Below are positions 27,355-39,084 of a stretch of DNA of 64,000 nucleotides, one piece after another (positions within the stretch are counted from its first letter, which is position 1; each line of letters starts with the position of its first letter). This DNA comes from an uncultured Pelagibacteraceae bacterium (GTDB lineage Bacteria > Pseudomonadota > Alphaproteobacteria > Pelagibacterales > Pelagibacteraceae), in assembly GCA_902554195.1 (NCBI GenBank), contig CACDNT010000001.1, positions 7,756 to 71,755 on the forward strand, given 5' to 3'. A program made the translations under genes and the position numbers. The notes beneath the pieces are model-generated. The model was not told where the DNA came from. It saw nothing but the letters and a program-made list of their open reading frames with translations, and searched no databases.

Positions 27355-27711
27355 TTAACTTTTCTCTTTTTTTAAAGTTTTTTCTGTATCATCTTTTTTG
27401 GAAAAATAATTCGTATCTAGGTCAAATTCTTTAACCTTAACAGTTAAATGTCTCAATAATTTTTTGTCTATTGATTCATTTTTTTCTAATTGTTCAATGA
27501 CTCTTCCATCACCTTTTATTTTAAAATGAATATAACTACCCTTTCTGTTTTTTTTTATTAAATATGATAAGTTTAAAAGTCCCCAGTTTTCTGTTTTAAT
27601 TATTTCACCCTCGTTTTTTTCAACAATTTTTGAATATTTTTCTGTTAGTTGCTTGATCTCAGCAGGTGAAGTATCTTGTCTAGCAATAATTGTGTGTTCG
27701 TATAAATTCAT
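27355..27711 (-). CDS. rpsF: 30S ribosomal protein S6
   Basis: MNLYEH..I.R, ENWG...L.Y.IKK..KG.Y; sits in the rpsF-rpsR-rplI operon. Confidence 0.96.
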   Translation of the reverse strand: MNLYEHTIIARQDTSPAEIKQLTEKYSKIVEKNEGEIIKTENWGLLNLSYLIKKNRKGSYIHFKIKGDGRVIEQLEKNESIDKKLLRHLTVKVKEFDLDTNYFSKKDDTEKTLKKEKS

Positions 27712-27797
27712 ATTTGTTGTTTAATAAAAAATGAGGATATACTATTATAAATAGTCAATTACAACAGTAAAAAAACAATAATTAATTTATTTTTTAA

Positions 27798-28724
27798 ATG
27801 TTTTCAGTAATTTTTCCAGGTCAGGGGTCTCAGATGGTTGGAATGGGAAAAGAATTCTTTGACAAATATGATATTGTAAAAAAATTATTTAGAGAAGCAG
27901 ATGAAGCGCTGAATTTTAGTATTTCAAAAGTGATTTTAGATGGACCAAAAGAAAATCTTGATGCTACAGTAAATACACAACCAGCGATATTTTTAATTAG
28001 TTATTCAATTTTTAAAGTTGTTAAAGATGAATTTAATGTAAATTTAAATAACGCAAAATTTTTTGCTGGTCATTCCTTAGGCGAATATTCAGCTTTATCT
28101 TGCGCTGGCTATTTAGATTTTGATAAAACGATTAAAATATTAAGAAGTAGAGGAAATGCAATGCAAAATGCTGTTCCAAAAGGAGAGGGAGGTATGCTAG
28201 CCGTTTTGGGTTCAAAGATTGAAGACATTGAAAAAATTTTGAAGGATAATAAAAAAAGTTTTAAAGCTCAAATTGCCAATGATAATTCTGATGGTCAAAT
28301 TGTATTGAGTGGAATAAATAAAGATTTGGATTTAATAAGCACATATTTGAAAGATAATAAAATTAAAAATATCAAACTTCCAGTGAGTGCCCCTTTTCAT
28401 TGCGATTTAATGTCTAAAGCGACAGAGATAATGAGAAAGGAACTAGAAAAAATCGATTTTAAAGAGTCTAATAATAGATTAATTTCCAATGTTACTGCAG
28501 ATGAAATTTTAAGTGTTAATGATTTAAAAAGTTTACTAATCAGCCAAATAGAAAAAAAAGTTAGATGGAGAGAAAGTATAATTAATATGATCAACTATGG
28601 TGTTAATCAATTCATAGAAATAGGCCCAGGCAAAGTTTTAACAGGATTAATAAAGAGAATTAATAAAAATGTAAAAACTACTTCTATAAACAATCAATCG
28701 GATATAGAAAGATTAGAGATATGA
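27798..28724 (+). CDS. fabD: Malonyl-CoA:ACP transacylase
   Basis: FPGQGSQ, TQPAI, GHSLGEY, VSAPFH and EIGPGKVL. Confidence 0.97.
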   Translation: MFSVIFPGQGSQMVGMGKEFFDKYDIVKKLFREADEALNFSISKVILDGPKENLDATVNTQPAIFLISYSIFKVVKDEFNVNLNNAKFFAGHSLGEYSALSCAGYLDFDKTIKILRSRGNAMQNAVPKGEGGMLAVLGSKIEDIEKILKDNKKSFKAQIANDNSDGQIVLSGINKDLDLISTYLKDNKIKNIKLPVSAPFHCDLMSKATEIMRKELEKIDFKESNNRLISNVTADEILSVNDLKSLLISQIEKKVRWRESIINMINYGVNQFIEIGPGKVLTGLIKRINKNVKTTSINNQSDIERLEI

Positions 28725-29458
28725 ATGATTTAAAAAATAAAAATATTATTGTGACAGGTGCCACTGGTGGGATTGGAAACTCTATATTAAAGAAATTAGA
28801 TGAGCTTGGCGCTAATATTTTAGCATCGGGAACTAAATTAGAAAAACTAGAAGAGATTAAAAAAAATTTTAAAAATGTTAAAATTTTAAAATTTGATATA
28901 TCTCAATCTGATCATATTGAAAGTTTTATCGAAGATGCTTGTAATGAACTTGGCCATGGTCTTGATTGCATTATTAATAATGCTGGCATAACCCAAGACA
29001 ATTTAGCAATAAGAATGAACTTAGATGAGTGGAAAAAAGTTATTGATATTAATCTTACATCTACATTTTTGATGTGTAAATTTGCAATTAAAAAAATGTT
29101 AAAAACTAAAAAGGGAAAAATAATAAATATAACATCAGTTGTTGGTCATACAGGAAATCTTGGCCAAGCAAATTACACAGCATCGAAAGCTGGAATTATT
29201 GCAATGTCTAAAAGTTTAGCTATAGAATATGCAAAAAAAAACATTAACATTAATTGCATTTCTCCAGGATTTATTAAAACAGCCATGACCGATAAGATTG
29301 ACGAAAAATTTAAAGATTTAATCGTCTCTAGAATACCATCTGCGAGATTAGGAGACCCAGAAGACATTGCTAATGCAGTTCTTTTTTTAGCATCTAGCCA
29401 ATCCGATTATATTAATGGAGAAACATTACACGTAAATGGGGGTATGTATATGGCTTGA
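28721..29458 (+). CDS. fabG: 3-oxoacyl-ACP reductase
   Basis: TGATGGIG, NNAGIT.D, GQANYTASK, PGFI.T.MT and NGGM; between fabD and acpP. Confidence 0.96.
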   Translation: MNDLKNKNIIVTGATGGIGNSILKKLDELGANILASGTKLEKLEEIKKNFKNVKILKFDISQSDHIESFIEDACNELGHGLDCIINNAGITQDNLAIRMNLDEWKKVIDINLTSTFLMCKFAIKKMLKTKKGKIINITSVVGHTGNLGQANYTASKAGIIAMSKSLAIEYAKKNININCISPGFIKTAMTDKIDEKFKDLIVSRIPSARLGDPEDIANAVLFLASSQSDYINGETLHVNGGMYMA

Positions 29459-29507
29459 CAATCTAAGTAATTTAACTATTAACGATTAAAACAATAAAAG
29501 GATGAAT

Positions 29508-29747
29508 ATGTCTGAAGATGTTGCAAGTAAAGTAAAAAAAATAGTAGCAGATCACTTAGGAATTGATGAGTCAAAAGTTACGGAGGAATCAAGTTTTATT
29601 GATGATTTAGGAGCTGATAGCTTAGATACTGTTGAGTTAGTAATGGCTTTTGAAGAGGAATTTGGTTCAGAAATTTCTGATAGTGAGGCTGAGAAAATAT
29701 TAACAGTTGGTGATGCAGTTAAATTTATTGAAGGCAAAGCTAACTAA
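29508..29747 (+). CDS. acpP: Acyl carrier protein
   Basis: [21 protein letters not shown] phosphopantetheine site. Start ATG 29502 or 29508. Confidence 0.97.
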   Translation: MSEDVASKVKKIVADHLGIDESKVTEESSFIDDLGADSLDTVELVMAFEEEFGSEISDSEAEKILTVGDAVKFIEGKAN

Positions 29748-29756
29748 AAAATTCTA

Positions 29757-30389
29757 ATGCCCTCAGTCAATGATGGGATAATGGTAATATTATCTTCTCC
29801 CTCTGGAGCAGGCAAAACAACTCTAGTAAATTTACTATCTAAAAAAGATAACTTTATAATTTCCATTTCGCACACCACTAGGAAACCTAGGCAAAGCGAG
29901 ATTCCTAACAAAGATTATTATTTTGTTAATGATCAAGAATTTAAAAGATTAATAAATAATCAAGAATTTATAGAATATGCAAAAGTTTTTAATAATTATT
30001 ACGGTACAACAAGAACTCCAATTATTGACAATTTAAATAAAGGAAAAAATGTACTATTCGACATAGACTGGCAAGGAGCAGATCAAATTAAAAATAAAAA
30101 GCTAGATTATAAATTGATTACTTTTTTTATTTTACCACCAAGCAAAGAAATTTTATTTGATAGACTTTCAAATAGAGATATGAAAGACAAGCTTATAGTA
30201 GAGGAAAGAATGCAACAATTTGAAAGAGATGTGCTCCATTGGATAAATTATGATTATGTGGTTATAAATGATGACCTTGAAAAATGTTATTTAAAAATTA
30301 AAAATTTGATTAATGCTGAAATTAATCAAGGATCAAAAGATTATGATCCTGATTATATAAGGAGTCATGTAGAGAAGTTAACTTCTTGA
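29757..30389 (+). CDS. gmk: Guanylate kinase
   Basis: [30 protein letters not shown] and FILPPS. Confidence 0.97.
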   Translation: MPSVNDGIMVILSSPSGAGKTTLVNLLSKKDNFIISISHTTRKPRQSEIPNKDYYFVNDQEFKRLINNQEFIEYAKVFNNYYGTTRTPIIDNLNKGKNVLFDIDWQGADQIKNKKLDYKLITFFILPPSKEILFDRLSNRDMKDKLIVEERMQQFERDVLHWINYDYVVINDDLEKCYLKIKNLINAEINQGSKDYDPDYIRSHVEKLTS

Positions 30390-31165
30390 ATTTCATATTG
30401 TTTTGTTAATTCGTAATAAGTGTCAAAATCTAAATTTTGAGGTCTCAAATTAAGATCTATTCCCATCTGGGTTGCTATATTTTCATTATTATTAAACAAT
30501 TGGAAGTAAGGTTTTTTTATCATTTTTCTTCTGTGCATGAAAAATACTCTAGTAATTTTTTCAAGGTTCTTTGGATTTTCAAATTTAGGAAAAATTTTTT
30601 TTGGTTCAAAAAATAAAACAGAACTTTCAATTTTTGGTTTTGGTTGAAAACTAGAGGGTTTAATGTCAAAAATTTTTTTTATTTTAAGTCGCCAATTAGC
30701 TAAAATAGACAATCTACCATAATCCTTAGTATTGAATTCAGATATTATTCTATTTGCAACTTCTTTTTGAAACATAAGAACTAGACAATTAAACCAAATT
30801 TTTTTTTGATTTAAATTTAATATCCATTTACTCAGAATTTCAGTTGAGATATTATATGGCAAATTACCAAAAACAGTTAAGATTTGATCATCCAAGAGAT
30901 TTTCATTTATCCTCAATACATCTTCATTTATTATTTTAATACTTTTATCAAATCTATTTTGAAGTAGATCAACTAGATTATTATCTTTTTCGATTAATAT
31001 AATTTTTTTAGGTTTTTTTTTTAATATTTCCAAAGTTAAATTTCCTGTACCAGGCCCAATTTCTAAAATATTCTTATCTTTAACATTTACAATATTTACA
31101 ATTTTGTTAATTATATTTTGATCAATTAAAAAATTTTGTCCTAAACTTTTTTTTGCCCTTATCAT
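30365..31165 (-). CDS. rsmA: 16S rRNA adenine dimethyltransferase
   Basis: [32 protein letters not shown] and F.PKPK.ES. Confidence 0.96.
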   Translation of the reverse strand: MIRAKKSLGQNFLIDQNIINKIVNIVNVKDKNILEIGPGTGNLTLEILKKKPKKIILIEKDNNLVDLLQNRFDKSIKIINEDVLRINENLLDDQILTVFGNLPYNISTEILSKWILNLNQKKIWFNCLVLMFQKEVANRIISEFNTKDYGRLSILANWRLKIKKIFDIKPSSFQPKPKIESSVLFFEPKKIFPKFENPKNLEKITRVFFMHRRKMIKKPYFQLFNNNENIATQMGIDLNLRPQNLDFDTYYELTKQYEIQEVNFST

Positions 31166-32097
31166 ATTTTGTCTAAAAAACTGATCGCTTTAATTAAACT
31201 CATTGGATTTGATTTGCCTTTTCCTACCATCATTTCATTTGGTCCATGATCTGGTGTTATTCTAAAAAAAGGTAATCCAATCGTAATATTAATTGCATCA
31301 TATTCAAAAAGAGTTTTTATTGGTGCGAGAACTTGATCGTGATACATTCCAACTATTACATCAAAGTTTTTTATATTATTTTTCATAAAAATTGTATCTG
31401 CCGGATAAGGGCCACTTGCTTTAATATTCTTCTTTTTAAGTAATTTAATAGCTGGAAGTATAACTTTAGTATCCTCATTGAATTTTAATATACTTTCACA
31501 ATGAGGGTTTAAGCCAACAACTCCAATTTTTGGTTTTAACCCTAATACTTTTTTATAAAATTCATTAATTATAATTATTTTTTCTATAACTAACTTTTTA
31601 GTAATTTTTTTTGAAACTAGTTTTAGTGGTAAGTGAGTAGTAATAGGGCATACTGATAGATTATCATTATAGATTAACATCGCAAATTTTTTTTGATTAA
31701 AGTTTTTTGCAACATATTCAGTCATACCAAGATGTTTTTTTCTTAATGTTTTAGTTTTATTTATAGGACCATTTATCAATTTATTTGATAATCCTTGTTT
31801 AATAATCTTAAATGCAAGTGAAAAACAATCCTGAATATAAGTTTTAGAATTATGACTGTTTATATCAATTATGTATAGTCTTCTTTTTTTTAACCTTTTT
31901 TTAATTATTTGATCTAAGTTGATTAATTCAATTTTTATATTAAATCGAAAATTTTTTATTTCTTTATTTAAAATTTTTTTACTACAAATCAAAATCAGAG
32001 GACTAATAAATTTTTTTGAATTTATTGATTTAAAGAAAATTTCAAAAAAAATACTTTTTTTTTCTCCTGGAACAATTAGAATAGGACTAGAACTCAC
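31162..32097 (-). CDS. pdxA: 4-hydroxythreonine-4-phosphate dehydrogenase
   Basis: PINK, TTHLPL, GLNPH, GPYPADT, MYHDQ and PDHG; surA-pdxA-rsmA synteny. Confidence 0.92.
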   Translation of the reverse strand: MSSSPILIVPGEKKSIFFEIFFKSINSKKFISPLILICSKKILNKEIKNFRFNIKIELINLDQIIKKRLKKRRLYIIDINSHNSKTYIQDCFSLAFKIIKQGLSNKLINGPINKTKTLRKKHLGMTEYVAKNFNQKKFAMLIYNDNLSVCPITTHLPLKLVSKKITKKLVIEKIIIINEFYKKVLGLKPKIGVVGLNPHCESILKFNEDTKVILPAIKLLKKKNIKASGPYPADTIFMKNNIKNFDVIVGMYHDQVLAPIKTLFEYDAINITIGLPFFRITPDHGPNEMMVGKGKSNPMSLIKAISFLDKI

Positions 32098-33022
32098 TTA
32101 TTTCACTATTAAGTTTTATCTTATTATAAAAGATATTAGAAAATTTATCTAATTGTTTTGTTGTCTCAATAAATATCATTTTGTCCAATTCTTTTTCTTT
32201 GTTAATTTCAATTTGTATTTCTCTAATTTCATTAATTTTAAAAATCAAAAAATTGTTATCAATTCGTAAAGGTGAGCTATACTGACCCTTCTCCAAGCTA
32301 TCTAATTTATCTATGATTATATTTGATAAACTATTTTTTTTAACCCAACCTATTTTTCCACCAACTTTTGCGCTTCCAGAGATACTATAAAGATTAGCTG
32401 TATTTTCAAAACCATTTTTTTCAATACTTTCTTCAATATCAGAAAATAATTCATCCAAAGTTGAGTCTTTCTTTTTTGTGAAAACTATTTCAGATAAATT
32501 ATATTCTAAAGATGATTTATCTCCACTAGATTTCTCAATTTTTTTTATAAGTTCTTCCTTATCGATTTTAACTGTTTTGATATATTTACTATAAATTAAA
32601 TTTTTCCATTCATTTTCAATTTCAATTTTTTTTTTTAATTTCTCAATAGAAAAATCATAATTATCTAAATAATTTATCAATTGATTTTCATTTTGAAGAT
32701 TCAAATTCTGAATAAGATTATTTAGAACATTATCAATCTGCGAATTTTGTAAATCAAGTTTCTTATATTTTTGAATTTCTTTTTTTTTGATGAATTCCTT
32801 TATTATGGAATTTTTAGCAATCATTAATAATTTATTTCTATCAATTTGATCTAATTTTGGATTTAAAGCTTTTAAATAATTAATCTCTTGTTCGATATCA
32901 TGGGTTGTAATGATTTCATTATCGATTTTCATTATTATTCCAAGCTTGATCTTTGAATAACTAAAGTTTGTGAGTGAAAAAAATATTATAATTAAAATAA
33001 TTACTCGATTAAATAAAATCAT
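32087..33022 (-). CDS. surA: SurA-like periplasmic chaperone/PPIase
   Basis: Signal peptide, IDNEIIT..DI, EY.LSEI and FE..A..YS......GG.IGW; between lptD and pdxA. Confidence 0.8.
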   Translation of the reverse strand: MILFNRVIILIIIFFSLTNFSYSKIKLGIIMKIDNEIITTHDIEQEINYLKALNPKLDQIDRNKLLMIAKNSIIKEFIKKKEIQKYKKLDLQNSQIDNVLNNLIQNLNLQNENQLINYLDNYDFSIEKLKKKIEIENEWKNLIYSKYIKTVKIDKEELIKKIEKSSGDKSSLEYNLSEIVFTKKKDSTLDELFSDIEESIEKNGFENTANLYSISGSAKVGGKIGWVKKNSLSNIIIDKLDSLEKGQYSSPLRIDNNFLIFKINEIREIQIEINKEKELDKMIFIETTKQLDKFSNIFYNKIKLNSEISEF

Positions 33023-35379
33023 TTTAAATTAGGGGTATTAATACCACCGAAAGGTAAAATTGTTATTTTAAACAATAAGTTTTCAGATGGTTTTAAGTCC
33101 TGATCACTGTAATATTCTTTATTATATTCAATTCCCGCTTTAAGACAGTCATTTTCATATTGATAAATAAGATTATAGAATTCAGTAAAACTTTTTTCTT
33201 TATTTTCACTTGTTTCAAAAATTAAACTATTTTTATCATTAAAACTATATCGAGTTTCATTTTTTAAATAAGAATTTTTTAAGTTCGTGTTATTTTCGTT
33301 GAGATATTCAAATTTTGTAGTAAAATTCTTTAGGTAATATTCAAATCCAAAGAGCTCATAATTTTTATCCATTAAGTTATTTTTTAAAGAAAAATCGTAA
33401 TTAAATTCTAAATTATCATTGTATTTATACTCAAATATTCCTACAAAATCAGATACTTTATCACCCAAATTACTATTAATTGGTAAATCTTTATTTTCCT
33501 CAATTCTCAAATTATTTGCAAAACCAAACTTTATTTTCTGATCGAATGATGATCTGTCAATTTTTATATATTCATAACCGTATGTTGCAGATATACCTCC
33601 TTCGCTAGCTTCTTCTATTCCAAGTCTGTCGAATTCATAAATATTATTATAGCTAATCTTTCTATCGGTAGAACGTATATCTTTTGTGTGAGGTATACTT
33701 AATTTTAATGAAAATTTGGGTGTTAAGATATTATTGAATTTTTGAGACTCTTTATTTAGTGGCAAAGTATAATCAGTTTGAATACTTGGAATTATGGAAT
33801 ATGTATTTTTATTTTTGAAATCAACTGAATTATTGGCATCTGTGTTAATATTTTTAAATATTACTTTTTTTTTGTTAACAACTCCATTATTAAAATATTT
33901 GAGGTTAGATTGAAATTCTAAATTATTAATCAAAACTTTTTCTGTTATATTTGTATTATAATTTTTGTAATATCCTCTTGAATTAAAAGAATAATTATCA
34001 TTAATAACTTTTGAAAAACTAAAATTAGGTACATATTCATACTTATCACTATCACTTTTGGTTAAATCCTCATACACATCTAGATTAGTACTAATTGTTA
34101 AATCTTTATTATACATACTAAGGCCTAAATTATTTGAAAGGTTAGATTGGTTTTTAATGATCGGACTTTCAATCTTATTTGCTTTAAGATATGTTTCATC
34201 TGAAACTTGTTCTAATCTTAAATTTAGTTCTACTTCATCGAAATTGTTACTTTTATAATCTCTATCAAAGTTATAAAACAAATGACTTTTTGAGCTATTA
34301 TCACTTGAGATAAATTGACTAAGATCTGCAATATGATTTGAACTTTTATTCTTTCCTCTTAATTCTGACTGAATTAAAAAATTATCATTTTTATAAAATC
34401 TAGGTGTTAGTGTTATATCCTTGTTTTTAGCTATGGCAAAAAAGTAAGGTAAATTTAAAGATAATCCAGTTGTGCTATTATCTTGAAATTTTGGAATTAG
34501 AAATCCACTTTGTCTTTTTACAGTTGGATCAGGATGAAAAAATTTTGGAAAATAAAATACTTTTTTGTCATAAATTTTTAAACTTGCGTTTTTATAATAA
34601 ATTGTTTTTTTTTCTTTATCATGTCTAATTTCGTCAGCACTCATTTCCCATGGTGGACACTTATCTCGTTTTTTACAGAATGTAAAAGTTCCCTTCTGAA
34701 CAATCGTATTTTTTTCATTACTAATTAAGCTTCTGCCCTTTAATCTTGGTTCATTTTCTGAATTTTCTATTAATTTGAAATTCATACTTATATCTTTTGC
34801 AACCAATTCTTTTTTAATTAAATCAAGATATGATATATCAACTAAAAATGAATTTTTGTCTTTATCCTGCGCAACTAAATTATTTAATCTAATTAATTTA
34901 TCTTTAATAGAATATTCAAAACTATCTACTTTATAGGTATTATCAAATTTATCAAAAATCTCTGAGTAATCTTGACTAATAATTTTTTTATCATTTAAAT
35001 TATAATTAATCTTATAAGACTTAATAATCAAATTATTAACATTATCTTTCAAATAAACTTTATCTTTAAAATCAAGATTAGACTCTTCGATCTGATATTC
35101 AATTACATCCGCATTAATTTCAAAATTTTTATTAATTGTTGAAATATTTCCTTTGTTGATAATCAATAAAGATTTGTCCTTAAAATATTCTATGATTTCT
35201 CCTTTGATAATTACTCCATCATCTTTGATAATTGCTGTACCATTTTTTGCGATTGTTAAATTCTGATCTTGTAAAATCTCAATTTCTTTTGCCTGAAAAT
35301 CTACCTCTTTGGCAAGTAATTTACTCGTAAAAATAAATTGAAAAAAAATTAATATAATTATTATAATTTTATTTTTCAT
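33019..35379 (-). CDS. lptD: LPS assembly protein LptD
   Basis: FTFC....CPPW, PDPTVKRQSGFLIP, PYFFAI..NKD.T.TP and YENDCL; beta-barrel-like C-terminal half. Confidence 0.9.
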   Translation of the reverse strand: MKNKIIIIILIFFQFIFTSKLLAKEVDFQAKEIEILQDQNLTIAKNGTAIIKDDGVIIKGEIIEYFKDKSLLIINKGNISTINKNFEINADVIEYQIEESNLDFKDKVYLKDNVNNLIIKSYKINYNLNDKKIISQDYSEIFDKFDNTYKVDSFEYSIKDKLIRLNNLVAQDKDKNSFLVDISYLDLIKKELVAKDISMNFKLIENSENEPRLKGRSLISNEKNTIVQKGTFTFCKKRDKCPPWEMSADEIRHDKEKKTIYYKNASLKIYDKKVFYFPKFFHPDPTVKRQSGFLIPKFQDNSTTGLSLNLPYFFAIAKNKDITLTPRFYKNDNFLIQSELRGKNKSSNHIADLSQFISSDNSSKSHLFYNFDRDYKSNNFDEVELNLRLEQVSDETYLKANKIESPIIKNQSNLSNNLGLSMYNKDLTISTNLDVYEDLTKSDSDKYEYVPNFSFSKVINDNYSFNSRGYYKNYNTNITEKVLINNLEFQSNLKYFNNGVVNKKKVIFKNINTDANNSVDFKNKNTYSIIPSIQTDYTLPLNKESQKFNNILTPKFSLKLSIPHTKDIRSTDRKISYNNIYEFDRLGIEEASEGGISATYGYEYIKIDRSSFDQKIKFGFANNLRIEENKDLPINSNLGDKVSDFVGIFEYKYNDNLEFNYDFSLKNNLMDKNYELFGFEYYLKNFTTKFEYLNENNTNLKNSYLKNETRYSFNDKNSLIFETSENKEKSFTEFYNLIYQYENDCLKAGIEYNKEYYSDQDLKPSENLLFKITILPFGGINTPNLK

Positions 35380-36451
35380 TAACTCGAATCAATCCTATTG
35401 TTGAAATTATACTTAAGAAAATTATTGGGAAAAATACAGATAAATAAATCGGTATTTTGTTGGTTAATCCAAAAACGTTAAATATATTATTAATATAATA
35501 AATTATTACTGATAATAATATCCCAAGAAGGACATGAAATATATAAGGTTTATCTCTTTTAATATTTAGCATTATAATTGCTGATATAATTACCATGATA
35601 CCTAAATAAATTGGTAACGTTATAATTTGTAAAAAATGCAAATCGACATCCTGTGAGGAGTATCCTAATAACTCGTTTTCTCTTTTAAGATCAAACAATT
35701 CAAATAGATTGAGTGAATTAAGGTCTCTAAAAGATTTGTTTATTTTATCAAAGTTAAAGTGGCTAGATAGTATAATATTTTCGTTAAGTTGAATTTGTTT
35801 ATTTTCTTTAAAAATAGTTGGTTTTTCAATTACCCATTTGTTTGATGTTATATCTACTCTTTGTGATGAAATACTTTCTATTAAATTAAAATTTTTATCA
35901 AATTTATTAATAAATATATTCTTAAGAAATTTATCTTTGTTATTATAAGATGCGTTGATTATATATATTTCATCGTCTATTTCATCTTTAATCCATAATC
36001 CATTTCCACTGTAATGTTTAAGATATTTTCCATCCTCAGAATAAATATTCTTAATATCAAAATAGAAAAATTTTAATTTAGATGATATTGGATAATATAA
36101 AGTAATTATTATTAATCCAAATATAAAAGAGCATATAGTTAACAATTTTATTAAATAAAAATTATCTAAACTATTTATTTTAATTAATTCATTCTCTTTT
36201 CTTTTAATAATTTCAACAAAAAATAATTGCGTAGATATAAGAACAATAAAGGGAAAAATTTCTAAAAGAGTTGAGGGAACATTAAAAAAAGTAATCAAAA
36301 AAGGTAAATGTGCTTCAGAATTAGATTCACCAAAAAATGTAATTTCTTCAAATAAAGTTAAAATAAATGTTAAAGAAAAAAAAATAAGAGTGAGTAAAAG
36401 AATTTTTTTAAAAAACAATTTTATAAAATATTTATCAAATGTTTTTATCAT
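35369..36451 (-). CDS. lptG: LPS export ABC permease LptG
   Basis: YjgP/Q family: 3+3 TM, NEL motif and LWIKD; follows lptF. Confidence 0.82.
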   Translation of the reverse strand: MIKTFDKYFIKLFFKKILLLTLIFFSLTFILTLFEEITFFGESNSEAHLPFLITFFNVPSTLLEIFPFIVLISTQLFFVEIIKRKENELIKINSLDNFYLIKLLTICSFIFGLIIITLYYPISSKLKFFYFDIKNIYSEDGKYLKHYSGNGLWIKDEIDDEIYIINASYNNKDKFLKNIFINKFDKNFNLIESISSQRVDITSNKWVIEKPTIFKENKQIQLNENIILSSHFNFDKINKSFRDLNSLNLFELFDLKRENELLGYSSQDVDLHFLQIITLPIYLGIMVIISAIIMLNIKRDKPYIFHVLLGILLSVIIYYINNIFNVFGLTNKIPIYLSVFFPIIFLSIISTIGLIRVNEK

Positions 36452-37569
36452 GATTTAACTTTATTAATTAAGAAATTATAAATAAAAAAATAAATTATAA
36501 TCGGTAAAAACATAATAGAAATAAACTGTAATTTAGATTCATCTGCATATCTCATAAATGCCTCGGATATAACTAAGATTAAAAACACATATAAAAAAAC
36601 TTTTATAGTTTTAATTGTAAAATTATTTTGTACTTTTGAAAAAGTTAATAGAAAACAACTTATCAATGCTAACAAAGGTATATAAAAAGGCTTTATAAAT
36701 CTTTTATAGAGTTCTTGGTTCATATTTTTTAACTTATCTTTGTCACATCTAAACATATCATCAATGTAAGTTTGCTCAGATAATAAACTTAGAGAACATT
36801 TAATTATTTTCGATGAGGGTAATTCTTGTAGTTTAGCAACCTTAATTGTTTTTGATGAAAATTTCGATAAATTATAATCTATTTTATCAAACTCAAAACT
36901 TATTAATTTTTTATTACTTGTACTTATTATTTTACCATTCAATAATCTAAATATCTTTTTATTTTCATCAACCAATAATCCTTCTTTTGCAAAAATTATT
37001 TGATTATTATTTTGATCAAGATTAAATAAATCTCCCTCTTGAATAAAAATATTTCTAAATGAATTGTTATTAACTTTTTCATTAATAAAAATTGTTAAAC
37101 CAGAGACAGTATCTATAAATTTTCCTTGTTTGATCAAATTTGGTAAAAAATCCATATTGGAGTCTTTCAATACTGATCTTGCCTTAAGTTGACTTGCTGG
37201 AGAAATAAAACTACCTATTAACATTTGTATAAACATTATAACTAAAGCAAAATTCACCAAGTTAAGAATAAACTTTTTTTTTGTTATCCCATTCGTCCAA
37301 AACAATAATAATTCATTATTTTTCTCATATTTTAGTAACTCAAAAAAAATTGATATAGCAAATACAAAAGGTAAAATTCTGTGAATTATTTTTGGAAAAT
37401 TAAATAAGTTATAATAAAAATAAATCAAAAAATTATGACCGTCATCTATTACAAAATCTAGATAGTTTACGGCTTGAATAATCCAGACAATTAAACCAAT
37501 TGTGAATATAATAAAGATAGCTCTTAGAGATATATCTAAAATAAGTTTCCTAAAAAGTATTTTTTCCAT
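36448..37569 (-). CDS. lptF: LPS export ABC permease LptF
   Basis: YjgP/Q family: NELL.FW..G, GKFID and IFAKEG; divergent from pepA as in many proteobacteria. Confidence 0.82.
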   Translation of the reverse strand: MEKILFRKLILDISLRAIFIIFTIGLIVWIIQAVNYLDFVIDDGHNFLIYFYYNLFNFPKIIHRILPFVFAISIFFELLKYEKNNELLLFWTNGITKKKFILNLVNFALVIMFIQMLIGSFISPASQLKARSVLKDSNMDFLPNLIKQGKFIDTVSGLTIFINEKVNNNSFRNIFIQEGDLFNLDQNNNQIIFAKEGLLVDENKKIFRLLNGKIISTSNKKLISFEFDKIDYNLSKFSSKTIKVAKLQELPSSKIIKCSLSLLSEQTYIDDMFRCDKDKLKNMNQELYKRFIKPFYIPLLALISCFLLTFSKVQNNFTIKTIKVFLYVFLILVISEAFMRYADESKLQFISIMFLPIIIYFFIYNFLINKVKS

Positions 37570-37629
37570 TGAAATAAAATTGTTTTACTCATATATAGCA
37601 TTATCTCGTATAGATTGTATTTAAATTTT

Positions 37630-39084
37630 ATGAATATTGAAATTAATTTTAAAAATAGAGCCTTTAATAAACTTAGTGGAAATCTCATATTGTTCGTTGA
37701 TGAAAAGTTCAATATTTCAGGTTTAAAAAAACTTATATCAAAAACCGAATATTCTTATATTCTTGATTTACTCAAGTCAGAGGATCTTAAAAAAAATACT
37801 TTATTTTTTGACATAAGCTCAAAAAGAAAAATAATTTTAATTTCTTTTAAGAAAAATTTTAATAATTCAGATGCAGAAAATTTAGGTGGAAATTGTTTTG
37901 ATTTATTGAGTAAATTAAAAAAGGTTGAATATACTGTAAATTCAGACTCACTTTCCAATAAATTAAAACATCTTGTTGGGTATTTTTTACATGGTATTAA
38001 ATTAAAATCTTATAAATTTGAAAAGTATAAAACAAAAAAAGATAAGAGAAATATATTAATTAATGTTGTTGGTAAAAATATACCTAATCAAAAAGATCAA
38101 AATAAATTTAAAGCTTTAGAGGAAGGAACTTTTTACACAAGAGATTTAGTTTCGGAGCCTGGAAATGTGCTACATCCTGATGAATATGCTAAAAGAATTA
38201 AAACTTTGGGTAAGCTGGGTTTAAAAATAAATATTTACAATGATCAAAAATTAAAAAAGTTAGGAATGAATACTTTACTTGGTGTTGGTCAAGGAAGTAT
38301 CAGAGGATCATACTTGGTCACAATTGAATGGAATGGTCTGAAAAATAAGTCTAGACCTCTTGCATTTGTTGGAAAAGGAGTTTGTTTTGATACAGGTGGT
38401 ATATCTTTGAAACCTGCAAAATTTATGGAAGACATGACATATGACATGGCTGGTTCAGCTGTTGTTGTTGGTTTAATGAAAAGTTTGGCAATTAGAAAAG
38501 CAAAAATAAATGCGGTGGGTGTAGTTGGCCTTGTTGAGAATATGCCTGGAGGCAATGCACAAAGACCAGGTGATATTGTTAAATCTTATAGTGGTAAAAC
38601 TGTAGAAATTTTAAATACAGATGCTGAGGGAAGATTAGTTCTTGCTGACGCACTCACTTATACAGAGAAAAAATTTAAACCAAAATTTATTGTAGATTTA
38701 GCAACTTTGACTGGTGCTATAATAGTTTCACTAGGCTCTGAATATGCTGGTTTATTCTCAAATGATGATAATCTGTCTAAACAATTGATCGATGCTGGTG
38801 AAAATGTTGAAGAAAAAGTTTGGAGAATGCCTCTTAACAAAAATTACGACAAACTAATTAATTCAAAAAATGCAGACATGCAAAATATTAATTATGTGGG
38901 TGGAGCTGGATCTACAACTGCTGCCCAATTTTTACAAAGATTTATTTTAAACAAAACACCTTGGGCGCATTTAGATATAGCAGGAATGGCATTTTCTAAA
39001 TATGGTGGAGCTTTAAACTCAGGTGGTGCCACTGGATATGGAGTAAGATTATTAAATAGATTAATAGAGGATTATTATGAGTAA
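37630..39084 (+). CDS. pepA: Leucyl aminopeptidase (M17)
   Basis: VGKGVCFDTGG, DMAGS, NTDAEGRL, DLATLTGA and WAHLDIAG. ATG 37630 preferred over TTG 37615. Confidence 0.96.
   Translation: MNIEINFKNRAFNKLSGNLILFVDEKFNISGLKKLISKTEYSYILDLLKSEDLKKNTLFFDISSKRKIILISFKKNFNNSDAENLGGNCFDLLSKLKKVEYTVNSDSLSNKLKHLVGYFLHGIKLKSYKFEKYKTKKDKRNILINVVGKNIPNQKDQNKFKALEEGTFYTRDLVSEPGNVLHPDEYAKRIKTLGKLGLKINIYNDQKLKKLGMNTLLGVGQGSIRGSYLVTIEWNGLKNKSRPLAFVGKGVCFDTGGISLKPAKFMEDMTYDMAGSAVVVGLMKSLAIRKAKINAVGVVGLVENMPGGNAQRPGDIVKSYSGKTVEILNTDAEGRLVLADALTYTEKKFKPKFIVDLATLTGAIIVSLGSEYAGLFSNDDNLSKQLIDAGENVEEKVWRMPLNKNYDKLINSKNADMQNINYVGGAGSTTAAQFLQRFILNKTPWAHLDIAGMAFSKYGGALNSGGATGYGVRLLNRLIEDYYE

Noticed and set aside
29455-29485. 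Internal acpP promoter (TTGACA at the end of fabG)
   Set aside because: The -35 is perfect but there is no convincing -10 at 17-nt spacing; plausible but unsupported.
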